Part shown: in pieces, positions 63,408 to 64,000 of the stretch
Layout: the number at the start of each line of letters is the position of its first letter
Numbering within the stretch: the first letter of the stretch is position 1
Assembly (NCBI RefSeq): GCF_006345805.1
Contig: NC_043002.1
Location: forward strand, 7,936,001 to 8,000,000
Direction: 5' to 3'
DNA: 64,000 nt
DNA from: Octopus sinensis
Taxonomy: Eukaryota
Translations under genes and position numbers: made by a program
The notes under the pieces: generated by a model
What the model was told of the DNA's origin: nothing
Database searches by the model: none
The model's input: only the letters and a program-made list of their open reading frames with translations

Positions 63408-63777
63408 CTCTTTACTCTTTTACTCTTTTACTTGTTTCAGTCATTTGACTGTGGCCATGCTGGAGCACCGCCTTTAGTCGAGCAAATCGACCCCAGGACT
63501 TATTCTTTGTATGCCTAGTACTTATTCTATTAGTTTCTTTTGCTGAAACGCTAAGTTACGGGGACGTAAACACACCTGCATCGGTTGTCAAGCGATGTTG
63601 GGGGGAACAAACACAGACACACAAACATATACACACACATATATATACATATATATGACGGGCTTCTTTCAGTTTCCGTCTACCAAATCCACTCACGAGG
63701 CTTTTATCTGCCCGAGGCTATAGTAGAAGACACATGCTGAAGGTGCCACGCAGTGGGAATGAACCCGGAACCATGCT
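63408..63777 (-). mobile_element. SINE family A, 5' eroded
   Basis: Identity to other copies. Confidence 0.92.
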
Positions 63778-64000
63778 CCTATGTGGATGTGTGGAATATC
63801 TGTGTGTATTTGTGAGGTGGGGTGCGTGTGCGCGTATCCGTGTATTATTTTATATGTGCATGTATGTATGTCTCCGCATATGTGTATCTATGCATGTCCT
63901 TTGCCCTTCGCTGTATGTGTAACATATTCGGTGCATGCATGCATTTGTTTGGGTATTAAGGTATTTGTGTGCGTGACTCAGTATTTTACCCTTAGATTAA

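Overview
Eukaryotic, extremely repeat-rich, essentially non-genic DNA. The SINE families and the (TA)n/(TACA)n/(AAT)n/(GAA)n load suggest an octopod cephalopod (Octopus); this is an inference from recognised repeat types, not a database result. I found no host protein-coding gene, and most ORF-track entries are translated microsatellites. Contents: about 35 tRNA-derived SINE copies in at least five families; 3' remnants of RTE, CR1, Tx1/L1 and five R4/Dong-like (RLE) LINEs; a 2-kb ORF1-only Tx1-like element; two decayed hAT transposons; a MULE-type MITE carrying (TTAGGG)4; a non-autonomous Helitron; and a 100-N gap with a probable 1-kb false duplication. Main leads: (1) several unrelated microsatellite-flanked, often fold-back mini-elements carrying Penelope-type minimal hammerhead ribozymes, one with an intact core at 34695-34777; (2) a SINE that repeatedly forms head+(~184 bp)n multimers with one fixed junction; (3) one SINE head/body joined to three different 3' tails; (4) a 'half-LINE' sitting in a rearranged SINE head. 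Coordinates of decayed elements are approximate.
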